Positions 24,701 through 39,058 of a stretch of DNA of 64,000 nt are shown here, piece by piece. Within the stretch, counting starts at the first letter, position 1. The number at the start of each line of letters is the position of its first letter. The stretch is from Octopus bimaculoides (taxonomy: Eukaryota). The notes under the pieces are model-generated. The model had not been told where the DNA came from and ran no database searches. It was given only the letters and a program-made list of their open reading frames with translations. A program made the translations under genes and the position numbers. The DNA is taken from positions 41,759,478 through 41,823,477 of the forward strand of contig NC_068993.1 of NCBI RefSeq assembly GCF_001194135.2, read 5' to 3'.

Positions 24701-26047
24701 TATAAATTATATGTTCTGTGTATTGTGGATCAAAGTACTTTTTAGCTTGTAGCCGAAAAGCAAAGCATGATAAAGTGAAGGTATGATATTAGGGTGGTAG
24801 GATATAAATGTGTGTATAAATGTATGGATGTGTTTCTATTCGTGTGGATGTTTGTGTAAGCTTCATGAGTGAAACTAAGTTGTTTTTGTTTANNNNNNNN
24901 NNNNNNNNNNNNNNNNNNNNNNNNNNNNNNNNNNNNNNNNNNNNNNNNNNNNNNNNNNNNNNNNNNNNNNNNNNNNNNNNNNNNNNNNNNNNNNNNNNNN
25001 NNNNNNNNNNNNNNNNNNNNNNNNNNNNNNNNNNNNNNNNNNNNNNNNNNNNNNNNNNNNNNNNNNNNNNNNNNNNNNNNNNNNNNNNNNNNNNNNNNNN
25101 NNNNNNNNNNNNNNNNNNNNNNNNNNNNNNNNNNNNNNNNNNNNNNNNNNNNNNNNNNNNNNNNNNNNNNNNNNNNNNNNNNNNNNNNNNNNNNNNNNNN
25201 NNNNNNNNNNNNNNNNNNNNNNNNNNNNNNNNNNNNNNNNNNNNNNNNNNNNNNNNNNNNNNNNNNNNNNNNNNNNNNNNNNNNNNNNNNNNNNNNNNNN
25301 NNNNNNNNNTTTTGGATATTCGGAAAGTAAACTACCGAGTTTATTAATGATTAAAGCAACATTTCCCAGTGGGGATTAATACAAATTAGCAGCTAAGATG
25401 TATACAAGTTTTATAAAGCCCTTTAAGCAGGTAAACTGCTCAAGACTAGCTTTTAACTAAAATGGAAAATTTCCAAATGCTCTTTCAATGAATATACTTT
25501 GCTAACATAACCAGTTTAATCTCTTAGGCAAAATAAGCCTTTTAATATTTCTATTTTGAGAAACTTACAAACGATATTGGCAGCTCTTGATGCTTAACAC
25601 CTAGATCATTTGTGAATCAGCAGGTCAAATGATAAAAGACAAAGTATCACGACACTCCTGTTTTATTTCTTTCAGGATATGTGTATCGAGGATTATGTTA
25701 CCGAAAGTACCTTTTCTTTTTCTAAAATAGTTAAGTATGATATCAGGCAGATCTGGCTACTATTTCAAGTGATATTACCTTTTAGTCTAATATTTTTCAT
25801 TCGTTACCTAAGCGATCTGAGTGTGTGATCTGCATACAAGATGTGTACTGGGTGCTACTTGATGTTCTTTGTAGTTTACTGTGATTTGTCGTCGAAAGTA
25901 CGATGGATCCGCTATGTTATCTGTATATAATCTCTGTTAAGTATAATTCTGTATCGTAACTCCATGTCAGTATGTCGTTATAATTTCGTTACTGTAGTTT
26001 ATGTGTTGCGAAGGGTGCGGTACAGTTCTGTGTGTGTGTGTGTGAGC

Positions 26048-26104
<57 letters not shown>

Positions 26105-26300
26105 TATTTGTGTGTGAACTTTTCGTTGGTGAGCGTAAAGGCTGGTTTTTATTTGTTCTTTGGTATTGTTGTCAAGAAAAGAGACACAGTAATCGGAAGT
26201 TTGAGCTGCTTAAAGAATGTTGTTCTAGAGGATTGAAATAGATCTGGAGCAGTTGTCCGATAGTGTCTAGAGAAGGATGGGGATATATGAGTGTGATATC
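21800..26300 (+). mobile_element. Highly degenerate BEL/Pao LTR retrotransposon relic
   Basis: Collinear weak motifs: gag-like YYFRIAFG (about 22050), protease-like KGLIDRGG (about 22555), RT FKGSANKNGRS resembling FDASAKxNGxS (23746-23778), LIRIRL, FTDDV resembling YVDD (24015-24029), C-terminal EKDGI (about 26275). No LTRs recognised. Confidence 0.5.
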
Positions 26301-27049
26301 ATCTCCATATAAGGCTGTCACTATGTTTTCTTATCTTGTTTTTTTTTTGTTTTTTTTTTTCAGTATAGAAAGATTACATGGGGGACAGATATCTTTCACA
26401 TTGTATTCGGGTCCTGTAAGTTCTGAAAACATGCTATTTTTGTGTACCACGTTAGATTGCCGACCATATAGGTTGTTTATTGTAGCTAGAATTCTTTGTC
26501 GTTGCCATCTGGATGGATCTCCGTCAGTTTCAGCGAAAAGTGTTCAGTGATTCGATTAGACAACAAGCAAAAAAAAAAAAAAATTATTACGTTTATATAT
26601 TTGTTTTGCAAGATTCTTTTCGCCATTATCGCTTTGACCTATAGGCCATTTTAAAAATGCACTTGAAAATTACCTCAGTATCGAATCGATCGTTGAGCCA
26701 ATTCACAGATGAAAATTATAAATCTCAACGGTAGGATCATGCGTTAAATTTGTATGTAGTACACTCTAATCGAACCAACTTCCATGGAGGTAATACTATA
26801 CACGCACGCACACAGGCACACGCACACACACACACACACACACGCATTCACACATACACACACGCGTACATATAAATATATACGTATATATATGTATGTG
26901 TGTGTATGTATGTATGTATGTATATATGTATGCATGTATATATGTATGTACGTACGTACGTATGTATGTATGTACGTATGTATGTATGTGTATGTGTGTG
27001 TGTGTGTTTGTGCATGTATGTATGTGTTTGTGTTGATGGATGGATGGAT

Positions 27050-27385
27050 AAGTGTCTTCTGCTATAGCCACACGTTAACCAAAGCCTTGTGAGCGGAGTT
27101 GGTTGACGGGAACTGAAAGGAGCCTGTCATATGTACCTGTGTGCGTGTATCTACATACAGGTATGCGTGTGTATGTATGTATGTGTGTAGCTGTATGTCT
27201 TCGTGTCACCGCATGACAACCGGTGTTGGTGTGCTTACATCTCCCTAAGCTGACGATTCACCGATAGATTTAATCGATAGATTAAATTGCGGAAGTCAAT
27301 ATGTTCGACTAAAATTCTGCAAGGTGGTGTCCTCAGCATGGCCGCAACATAATGACTGAAAAAAATAATTAAAGGTAGAAAGATA
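27050..27385 (+). mobile_element. SINE family A, 5-prime truncated
   Basis: ccaaagccttgtgagcggagttggttgacgggaactg core end, microsatellite linker, tail cagcatggccgca. Confidence 0.82.
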
Positions 27386-27596
27386 AAAGATACACACACA
27401 CACACACACAAGCTCGTCGAAACGCCGGTGTTAAAACGTGGGTAGCTGATGAAGTAGAATGTTCTCTATGTGGCTCGTGTGTTCTCGTCTACGTTTGTTT
27501 GCAATGTCCTGTACCCAGATATGCACCTATACATACAGGTGGATGTCGGTATGCACATACCTGTACGTATATATGCATATACTCATTTACTTTTTG

Positions 27597-27646
<50 letters not shown>

Positions 27647-29659
27647 NNNNNNNNNNNNNNNNNNNNNNNNNNNNNNNNNNNNNNNNNNNNNNNNNNNNNN
27701 NNNNNNNNNNNNNNNNNNNNNNNNNNNNNNNNNNNNNNNNNNNNNNNNNNNNNNNNNNNNNNNNNNNNNNNNNNNNNNNNNNNNNNNNNNNNNNNNNNNN
27801 NNNNNNNNNNNNNNNNNNNNNNNNNNNNNNNNNNNNNNNNNNNNNNTTTTTTTTTTTTTTTTTTGCTATTCTTTATCTCTTTCTTTCTTTAATACAAGTC
27901 CACCATTTCAGGCTTTTAGAGTCTGTTTATGGATCATTTCGTCGATAATTAATAAATCTATTGCTTCTCACGCTTGCATCATTTTCACTATCCACCAACA
28001 ATTGCAGTTCAAGTTAAAACCCACAATGTATCCATTACCGATCCCAAAAGGAATTAACTTTTTTCTCTAAACGTACGTGATTTCATGTTCTGATGCTACA
28101 TCAGAGAATTATCTGCAAAGTGTTCTGACTTACAAACAATATTTTTTCTTCTCTCTCCATCCTCTCTGTCTCTCTCTCCCACTCTCCTCCTCTCTCTCCC
28201 CTCTTCCTCTTGTTTTTTTTGTTTTGTTTTTGTTTTATGTTTAAGCCATTATCTCATCATTCTTTTTCTGTTTTATTTCAAATCTCTACCTTATGTGATG
28301 GCAATAAATCATCCACTATTTTTTATTCATTTGTTTATTTATTTTTCTTTTCATTACAAAGTATTTTTCTTTCAATTATTCTTATTCATTTTATTTTATT
28401 TCAAAGTATTTATTTTATTTTATTTATTTTTTTTTTTTTTTTTTTTTTTTTTGTATTGTGATCAATTTAATTTCTCACTGCTTTTTCAGAGTTTTTCATC
28501 TCATTAAAGGTCCAAGAAAGCTGAAATATTATTCAAAATCAATTATAGTTTAATGCACTTACCATCTCAAAAGAGTTTGGAAAAATGAAACCAACCTGCT
28601 TACAGACTACCATACACATATGCATTTCCTTGTGAAGCAAACCGTATAAAAACTACTCTCTAACAGCAAATAAACCTAAAGTGTTCAGTGAATAGATACT
28701 GAACGTTATTATTCGTATGCTAATATAATGTAACTTCCTAAAATGTTGTCAATAATCAAATTGCCAAGAACAGATATAAGAGACAATACCACGTTCTTGT
28801 AATTGCCTTATCCTGGCGAGCAAGGTCCATTTACCAATCAATATTGGTAACTCCTTGGCATTCCATTAACTTCAGCCATCGTCCTTTATCCTGGATATTG
28901 CTGGATGGAGATTCTATCAAAGAACCTAATCCTGTGTATGATTGCGAAAGAAAGAAGAAAAAAAATCAGAAAAAAAGTAACAAAAGAAATAAATAACCAC
29001 ACACCACCAGGTCACCGTGACTCGTTGTTTAACTCGTGATTTCCAATATTATACTGTGAAAAGGAACACTATGGCGTGTTAACTATAAATAAATATAAAT
29101 CAAATAACTAAAAATAGTTACATAGACATGTATTGCATTATTGATATTAGTTTAGTATAACCGAGTACAAAACATCAAGAAATGTGGCGTTAAGCATGAA
29201 AATTGTTAAAAGAATTTGTAAATAGATTGAAGTTTATTGAAAACCACAGATTCATAATGTTCAAAGTAATGTAGCCATTGTGTGTGAAAAAAGCGTATCT
29301 CGTTAAGGTACGGACAATATTGTCACAATTTATATAACTTAACAATCTAGTACCCTACAACTCAGCAACCGCGCAACGGTTGATAAAAAGATCCGTATTC
29401 GTTATTGAAACAGCAGAAACACTGCGTTAGATCTTATGAATCTCTATTAAAAAGTTACTGGTTTATTGCCCAAATAAGAAAATATATATATATATAGATT
29501 TCATCGCTTACAGCCTAGAACAACGAAGTATTGTCACGTCTAACTTGTCGTAGGGCGAACTAATCTATCTTCTACATGTTTCATTCACTAGATTGCCGAC
29601 ATACTGGAGCAGCACCTTGAATGGTTTTAGCTGAACGAATGACATCAATCCCTTTTCTT

Positions 29660-29788
29660 GTTTAAGCCTAGTACTTAATCTAACGTTCACTTTTGCCGAA
29701 CTGGAAATTTACAAGGGCGTAAACAAACCAACGCCGACTGCCAAGTAGTAGTGAGGGACAGACACAAAGACATACACAAGTACGTACA

Positions 29789-29841
<53 letters not shown>

Positions 29842-30145
29842 TTTTTTACTTGTTTCATTCATTTGACTGTGGCCATGCTGGAGCACCGCCTTTAGTATAT
29901 ACGAGAAGCTTCTTTTAGTTTCCGTCTACTAAATCTACTCACAAGGATTTGGTCGGCCCGAGGCTATAGTAGAAGACACTCGCCCAAGGTGCCACGCAGT
30001 GGGACTGAACCCGGAACCATGTGGTTCGCAAGCAAGCTACACTGCGTGACATCTTGGTCACATGTCTTCCACTATAGCCTCGAACCGACCAAAGCCTTGT
30101 GAGTAGATTTGGTGGATAGAAAATGAAAGCCCGTCGCATATATGT

Positions 30146-30192
<47 letters not shown>

Positions 30193-30445
30193 TGTGCGTG
30201 TGCGTGCGTGTGTATGTATGTATGTATATATATGTATGTGAGTCTGTGCTTGTTCCTCGACATTGCTTGACTGCCGATGCTGGTGTGTTTTATGTCTCCG
30301 TAACTCAACAGATCGGCAAAATAGACCGATTGAATATGTACAGGCTTAGAAAGAATAAGATCTGGGTTCGATTTCTTCAACTAAAACCCTTTAAGGCGAT
30401 GGTCCAGCATGACCGCAGTCAAACGACTCAAACAAGTAAAAGAAG
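29660..30445. mobile_element. Two or more family-A SINE pieces in inverted (head-to-head) arrangement
   Basis: Minus copy 29913-30041 abuts a plus copy starting at 30042; tail modules lie on both sides. Confidence 0.88.
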
Positions 30446-32708
30446 AAAAGAATACAATTACACACACACACACAAACACACACACACAAGCACACACACA
30501 CACATACACACACACATATCTATATCTATCTATCTATCTATATATANNNNNNNNNNTATATGTACATGTATGTACATACCTTCATCTACATGTACATATA
30601 GATACGCGGCAGGCTTCTTCCAAATCTCCGCACGAGCCTTTAGTCGGCCTGGAGAGGTTTCCCTACATCGTTTTTTTATCTTGAACGACAAGGAAAGAAG
30701 GAAAATATGCACCTTCAAATCGAGCCCTGTCAGATTTTTAAAATCTGGTAGAACACATTGTAAATCTAGAAGTAAATATACTATAAAAAGAATGTTTCTT
30801 CTTTAATCATCGATCTTAGAGTTGATCTGAGATTAGTGCATGAGAGTGTGTTATAGTTTCCTATAATTATATTTAAAATATTCAGGTAGGCATTATAATA
30901 TTGTTACTTTCACTGTCTTTATTTTCTGTTGGAACAGCCATATAACGAATACGGCATGTAGCTGGAAGAGAAATATCTATCTCCAATTGTCTTTGTTTCC
31001 AGCAGACAATGCATACACATACACATACCAACACATTGGCACGTATTCATACGCACAAATATACATATATATACATATACATATAGCTATACATACATAT
31101 ACATATACATGTGTGTGTGATTGTGTGTACAATCAATAAGTAAGATAAACAAAATCATTGAAAAAAATAAGAACTCCCTGAGAAATGTGTTTGTCTGTTC
31201 GCTTCTTGCCTTTTGTCTCTTCATCCAATTTTTACAAAAAAGCTATTCATCACAGACAGCTGTTTCATGATTTAACAATAGCTAAAACGAAATATTTGTC
31301 CTATTTCGTTTTTATATCCAATTCATTTTTAGAGACATCAAAGAGAAAATGGAAGCTAACGAACAATTTTCACGATCAAAAGGGGAAAAGACATGCGTTG
31401 CAGACACTAAGTTTCATTTTCTTCGAGTTCTTTTAACTTCATGACAATATTTTCTTTATATATTGCATTGCAGCTTTCTTTCTATATAATCATTCATTTC
31501 ACAAAATTAAATTTATAATTCTCTGTTTCATGTTTTTCTTTTTTTGTATGTCTATATCATCTTTATTTCAATTGATTTTATAATAATTCTTGATTTCACT
31601 TTTTGTGGTGCTTATATGTATTTATATATATATNNNNNNNNNNNNNNNNNNNNNNNNNNNNNNNNNNNNNNNNNNNNNNNNNNNNNNNNNNNNNNNNNNN
31701 NNNNNNNNNNNNNNNNNNNNNNNNNNNNNNNNNNNNNNNNNNNNNNNNNNNNNNNNNNNNNNNNNNNNNNNNNNNNNNNNNNNNNNNNNNNNNNNNNNNN
31801 NNNNNNNNNNNNNNNNNNNNNNNNNNNNNNNNNNNNNNNNNNNNNNNNNNNNNNNNNNNNNNNNNNNNNNNNNNNNNNNNNNNNNNNNNNNNNNNNNNNN
31901 NNNNNNNNNNNNNNNTCACTCTCTCTCCCCCTCTCCCTCTCTCCCTCTCTCTCCCTCTCCCCTCTCTCTCCCTCTCCCCTCTCTTTCGTATTTCCGGATT
32001 TGTCACTATAACACTATTTACCTTTTCTTCTTCACTACCCAACCATATTAGCATTATTTTCTATGTTTCTCTTAACTGCATTTGACTTGACAGCATCTCT
32101 TTGAATCAAGACTAATAAAGCAAAAAGTGTGGCACTGATACGTAACATGATGAAAAATATTTGAGTCATATATTTACTTTACCGTAAATTATATTTATAC
32201 TTCCTTAACAATCCTTGTTGTCTTTCGCTGTCTCTGTCTCTTTCACTCTATACACAGACTCAGAGACACACATGCACATGTGTGTTTGAAGATATCAATA
32301 TGTGTAAATGCTAATATATACACATACACACACGCACACACATACGTATATATATATGTATATATATATATTCTTTTATCGGCGGATATCAGAATGGATG
32401 TAAGCTATAAATGATAGTGCGTAGAACACTGGGTAAAAATAACGTTGTATGGAAGAAAATTTGAAGAATTTTTGGACACGAACACATCTGTATGCATGGT
32501 ATATATATATATATNNNNNNNNNNNNNNNNNNNNNNNNNNNNNNNNNNNNNNNNNNNNNNNNNNNNNNNNNNNNNNNNNNNNNNNNNNNNNNNNNNNNNN
32601 NNNNNNNNNNNNNNNNNNNNNNNNNNNNNNNNNNATATGTATGTATGTATCTATGTATGTATACTGAAGTCTGAAGACACAGAGCACTATCTTAATGAGA
32701 CAGTCTCC

Positions 32709-32766
<58 letters not shown>

Positions 32767-33626
32767 TATGATATGAAATATAAAGTGAGTGTATCTTCGA
32801 CGTATCACTGGCAACACGGCTTATCAGACGGTAGAATAAGCGATTTGGGGACTAGAAAACTATTACAATGTGAGTGGTGACAAACCTGAAGGGCATAGAA
32901 AATGACAGGTTTGTTGAGGGAGGAAGCACGTGAAAAAGAAAGGAAATTGTACAATGCAAACACAAAACGTAATTTAGAATGCCTTTCTGTACATGTTTAT
33001 GTACACAAATATACTCTGTTATACAAATATGTCGATTTTTAGCATATTTAACATATTGAATTTGTTTGTCTAGAGGTTTCAACACTTGCCAATCGAGGCT
33101 GAAACTTCTTGTAGATGCAATCGTCATTTTGTCATTTCTCCACTCATTTCTTAATGACCCGGATAAATGGTAATATATGCGTATATGTCTTCTATTATGT
33201 ATTTTAGACTCTTCCGTTCTCTTTCGATTTTATTCACTTAAACGCTCTTAGAACTCTAATCAATTTAATTTCGTATTTCTTAATGCACAACCAGTGAAAT
33301 GTTCCTCGAGTTTAGATGCTTTATAGTATGTATCATGTAGCACGTGATTATATTATCTACTTACATTCACTCAGTCTCACAATTACATACAGAGATATAG
33401 GCGTGTGTGAGCGCAAGAACATATGTGTGAGATTATTTATTACTATATGTAAGAATGTAACATCAATTCTTATTTCATATTTAATTTTCCTCCTTTTTCA
33501 GATCTATACTATATAAGTACAGATTCTCTCGTTTCTTCTCTAGTTTAACACAGAGGCGTTGACATTCAATAATTCTATTTCATTAAGTCTTTGAACAGAA
33601 ACACCTGCAACATTTGTGTATAAGCA

Positions 33627-33661
<35 letters not shown>

Positions 33662-34121
33662 ACACACACATATATATATATACATATACATAAATGCATA
33701 TATATACATATATATAAATGCATATATATACATATACATGTATATGTATATATATACATATATACATATACATATGCGTGTATATACATATATATGTGTG
33801 TTTGTGTGTATATACATATATATATACACACATATACACACACGCACGCACACGCACACTCACACACACACACACACGCACACATTCGCACAAACACATT
33901 ATTTTGTTATGATTAGCAGAAAGTTATTAAAGTGACTTGAGAGCCGAGAGTCTCGTGCTTCGCATTTAGACTTGTGAAATCTGATAAGTACCATACACTT
34001 ATTAAAAATAATCAAGTATATCTAATCGTGTATTGATCTTTATTTCTTCCTTTTCCTCTTCCAAGCCAGCATATGTGCATACATACATACATACATACAT
34101 GCATGCATACATGCATACATG

Positions 34122-34153
<32 letters not shown>

Positions 34154-35959
34154 CATACATACATGCATACATACATATGTACATATATGCATACGTACGC
34201 ACGTACTTACATATATGTTCACAATTATTTTTTTAAGCCAACATAATGCAAGTTATTTAAAATTATTAATAGAGACCATCTTTGATAATTATCAGCACCA
34301 TTTCTCCAGAGATTTCATCAAGAAAGTCTCCTAATCCTGAAATACCAGGTAAAATTACTACAAATATACATATATATTTCTTTAGCCACGAAGATCTGGG
34401 AACTCAAAGATGATAGCGCTCGATCTGATTTGAAACGGGATATAATTAGAGTGGCAAAACCATACTCTAACAGTAGATACGAGTGTAGACCATGCTGTAT
34501 GGTGCTGTACGAAATTTTAAAGCGTATGAACAGTGAAAATTTAATTAATGATAAATTGGACCTTCTTCTTTCATTTATCTATAAAGTAACCGGTACTTTT
34601 AAATATCTTAAAAACATCACATGACCTCTATTTAATTTATAACCAATGGTTAACAAACCTTAGTTTCACAACTTTTCTCACACGTAAGCCCAAAGGTCCA
34701 ATGATTTTCACGACCTTCTGACAGGCCTTCTCCGTTCTCATGTTCCAATTAATTCCATTCCTAATTGCTCTACATATACTGATAACATTATTTGTGTAGT
34801 ACGTGATAATTGAAGGCGCAAATCTTACAATTTGTCTTACCTAGTATTATCGATCTGCGATATCTGATCGTATCTAAACTATGAAAATCGCAGCCTACAT
34901 GCCCCAAGGACATTTCCCACTTTCCACTAGGTACTATTCATAAGTAACGTTTATACTAAGTAACTATGATTTGTGCTGCAAATGATAATAAATGAGCATA
35001 TCATCTGAACCAACGTACCCACGACTTTTGTGCTTTTTAAACATATTTAATTGCTATGTATACGTTCAAATTAACTAATAATATTCACAACCATAAAACA
35101 AACTAAAAAGTTAACTAATAGATAACTGGATACCCTACCCTATTGCTTACTGCGATGTCTGATCTGGCACTCTCCTTTCTTTATGATATTAGGAGATATC
35201 TTGTATTCTTTATTATTCGAATGAATATGAAATTGAAAACATTGGAGTCAACAAGAAGTACGGTTTCCAACCGTACTCCTCGTATGCATGTATGTATGTA
35301 TGTATGTATGTATATATATATATATATGTATGTATATTTACACACATATATATACGCACATATATATGTATCTATATATACNNNNNNNNNNNNNNNNNNN
35401 NNNNNNNNNNNNNNNNNNNNNNNNNNNNNNNNNNNNNNNNNNNNNNNNNNNNNNNNNNNNNNNNNNNNNNNNNNNNNNNNNNNNNNNNNNNNNNNNNNNN
35501 NNNNNNNNNNNNNNNNNNNNNNNNNNNNNNNNNNNNNNNNNATGTATGTATGTATGTATGTATATATATATATATATATAATTTTATAAACATGTTGAAC
35601 TGGTTGTAAGTTACAACCTTCAGGGTCAAAGGAGGAGAAATCAGTTTCATCATATCGTGGCTTTTCCTAACTTGTAAACAAATTCAAGGACATGCAGCTA
35701 AAATAAGCTCAGAGAAGATATCTGACTTTCAGAAACAAGACACTATACAACATCTGCATTTTGTAAGATATTACTTAACGTACAATGTTGACTTGTAGAA
35801 AACATGAGTTCTGTCGTATGATCATGACACATTTCGTAGAAGGTATGTTGTTGTGTTTTCAATTACACTTTATTTAAAATAGATTATATGTATCTATTCA
35901 TACATATATAAATATGTGTGTATGTATGAATAATTGTGCACGAGAGTGTGCGTGTGCGC

Positions 35960-36830
35960 GTGGTGCAGTGAATATATTGTCGTCTAGATTATGTAAAAAT
36001 AAAAATAACACTGGCATCTTATTTTAACAGATATATTTACCGAACTTACATAAAAATGTCATGAAATATTAAAGAGTAAATTTGTTCAATAAAATCGCCA
36101 TTGGCTTCAACCACGGCCTCCAGACAACTTCGGAATCTCTTGTAACTCTTCTGAATTGTCTCGTTGTTTAAGTTGGTGAATCTTGCCATAATCCTTGCTT
36201 TCAGTTCATCTGTGGTGTTAAAAAGGAGTTTTGTTGATCGCTCACTCAACTGCGCCCCACACATAATAATCAATGGGGTTACAGTGTAGGGAGTTACAGG
36301 GGTGATGTGGGCGCAGAAATTGTCTGACAACCATGACTGGGTTCCCTTGCTTGTATGGCATGGTGCAGAGTTTCTGTTCCGAGATTTAAAGTCTTCCAGT
36401 AGCCACCCTCATGACCCAGGATAGTACTACCGCTTTCAGGCACTTGATGTAGGCCTTCGTGTTGAGTGTGAGGCCGTGTGGGAAGGTGAATGGAGACATA
36501 ATGTCGCCATTACTAGTGATCACTCAAAACACTATGATGTCGACTGGATGTTTGATTTTTATCACTCTCGGTACATTTTTGGGGATACAGCAAGCCAGCG
36601 GTCATTCTGTGTGTTCACTATTTGTTAACATTGGGGCTTCCATCCCGAATGCCAAGCAGTACAGCATGCAGTTTTCAAATATCTGGCTGAGTGAATTGCG
36701 TCATGCTATTGTTGTTCTCACGGACGGTGCCCAACTGAAACTACTATATAGTGTAGCCGACAAAATCATAAACAAACAAAGCTCATGACGGGAATTAAAG
36801 ATATGGAATGGCGACAATTTATTTATCGCT
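35960..36830 (-). mobile_element. Internally deleted Tc1/mariner transposon, DD37D (maT)-type transposase pseudogene
   Basis: Minus strand: MTQFTQPDI*KLHAVLLGIR from 36704, joined to NTQNDRWLAVS; then GDIMSPFTFPHGL, a decayed second-D motif xxAPCHTS, CNPIDYYVWG and LEAVVEANGDFIE. Degenerate TIRs aatatattgtcgtc (35971-35984) versus ggcgacaatttatt (36810-36823). Confidence 0.9.
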
Positions 36831-36934
36831 CGATCTACATGTGTGTGTGTATATATATATATATATACGTATGAATGTATATATATATATATGGGGGGGA
36901 ATGTATTTATGTATATGTATATGTTTGTGTGTTA

Positions 36935-37135
36935 GTGTTTGTTCTTCAACCATCGATTGATAACTGATGTTGGTGTATTTACATCTCCGTAACCTAGCGG
37001 CTCGACGAAAGACCCCGACAGAATAAGTACTAGACTTACAAAGAATATGCCCTGGAGTCGATTTACTCGACTAATAGGCGGTGCTTCAGTATGACCGCAG
37101 TCAAGTGTCTGAAATAAGTAAAAGAATAGAAGAAT
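36935..37135 (+). mobile_element. SINE family A tail module
   Basis: ctccgtaacctagcggctcgacgaaag ... gaataagtactagacttacaaagaat ... gaccgcagtcaag. Confidence 0.85.
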
Positions 37136-37936
37136 AAAAGTTTATATAAATATATAGATACACGCTCATATTCCTAAGATTATACCTGCAACATATACCT
37201 GTAGTAAGTTTGGTCGTGAAACAACAGCATTAACCCACTCGTTAACAATATCAGAGAACAATCTAACAATCTAAATCTATATTTATAGGATTACTATGTC
37301 AAAAGTAGTTCGTTTACACCTCTAAATGCATAGATAAAATTTAGATATATTTTAATTCAGAATGCAGTAAAAACATTTCTCTCACATTTTACAGGTGGAC
37401 ATACGTTTCGACAGTAAACACATGGTCTTGCAGCGCTCCAAACTATCACGCTATCTGTAAAATAGGGTGAGACATTAGCTACATGCAGATGCAATTATTA
37501 TCTGCTTAACTTACACAGCACCACACCAATAACCGTGTAAATCACGAGAGGTCTTTCTGCCGCACATTGAGCTAATATTTGTATTTCTTCATGTGTTTAT
37601 TTAGACAATAAAGGCCCAATGAAACTGCTCCGAATATGAATTCAAGGTAAGAAGAACGGTACTGAACACTGTGAAGCGTTCGGTCCAGTTGTATGTGAGT
37701 CATTGGTACTTTACTGAAAAGAAAATTAGTATTCAACAAAATGGTTTCGATTTTCTTCTGAAAGCATTTAAATTTACCTACTTCATTAATGCCCCCCAGA
37801 AACCATTGTTAAATGTATCAAGTGAGAAATCAATAATAATTTACATGCATTATATTCAGCTCTTAATATATAATACACATTTCTAAAGAAAAAAACATAT
37901 TCTACACTGAAAAACACTTTTTATCAATTGATACAG

Positions 37937-37940
<4 letters not shown>

Positions 37941-38010
<70 letters not shown>

Positions 38011-38024
38011 AATAATAATAATAA
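37941..38024. repeat. (AAT)n microsatellite
   Basis: Seen directly. Confidence 0.97.
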
Positions 38025-39058
38025 GTTGTAAATATATATGTATACATATATATATTTAATATATATTGCAAATGAAAGACAGAAGCGGAATATACGAGAA
38101 TANNNNNNNNNNNNNNNNNNNNNNNNNNNNNNNNNNNNNNNNNNNNNNNNNNNNNNNNNNNNNNNNNNNNNNNNNNNNNNNNNNNNNNNNNNNNNNNNNN
38201 NNNNNNNNNNNNNNNNNNNNNNNNNNNNNNNNNNNNNNNNNNNNNNNNNNNNNNNNNNNNNNNNNNNNNNNNNNNNNNNNNNNNNNNNNNNNNNNNNNNN
38301 NNNNNNNNNNNNNNNNNNNNNNNNNNNNNNNNNNNNNNNNNNNNNNNNNNNNNNNNNNNNNNNNNNNNNNNNNNNNNNNNNNNNNNNNNNNNNNNNNNNN
38401 NNNNNNNNNNNNNNNNNNNNNNNNNNNNNNNNNNNNNNNNNNNNNNNNNNNNNNNNNNNNNNNNNNNNNNNNNNNNNNNNNNNNNNNNNNNNNNNNNNNN
38501 NNNNNNNNNNNNNNNNNNNNNNNNNNNNNNNNNNNNNNNNNNNNNNNNNNNNNNNNNNNNNNNNNNNNNNNNNNNNNNNNNNNNNNNNNNNNNNNNNNNN
38601 NNNNNNNNNNNNNNNNNNNNNNNNNNNNNNNNNNNNNNNNNNNNNNNNNNNNNNNNNNNNNNNNNNNNNNNNNNNNNNNNNNNNNNNNNNNNNNNNNNNN
38701 NNNNNNNNNNNNNNNNNNNNNNNNNNNNNNNNNNNNNNNNNNNNNNNNNNNNNNNNNNNNNNNNNNNNNNNNNNNNNNNNNNNNNNNNNNNNNNNNNNNN
38801 NNNNNNNNNNNNNNNNNNNNNNNNNNNNNNNNNNNNNNNNNNNNNNNNNNNNNNNNNNNNNNNNNNNNNNNNNNNNNNNNNNNNNNNNNNNNNNNNNNNN
38901 NNNCTTCTGTTTGTATGTTATCATAAAAACAATTTTACATTGAACTAAAGGATTAATTTTTCTATAGAACAAATTTATACTTTAAAATATTAACAATGAC
39001 TTAGAAGATTTGGGCCAGCTAAGCTGTCATCAGACGGTAGTACTTTTAAGTTTTTTTT

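Noticed and set aside
27417-27460. GAAAC ... CTGATGA hammerhead boxes in permuted order
   Set aside because: Stems I and II cannot be formed around the boxes.
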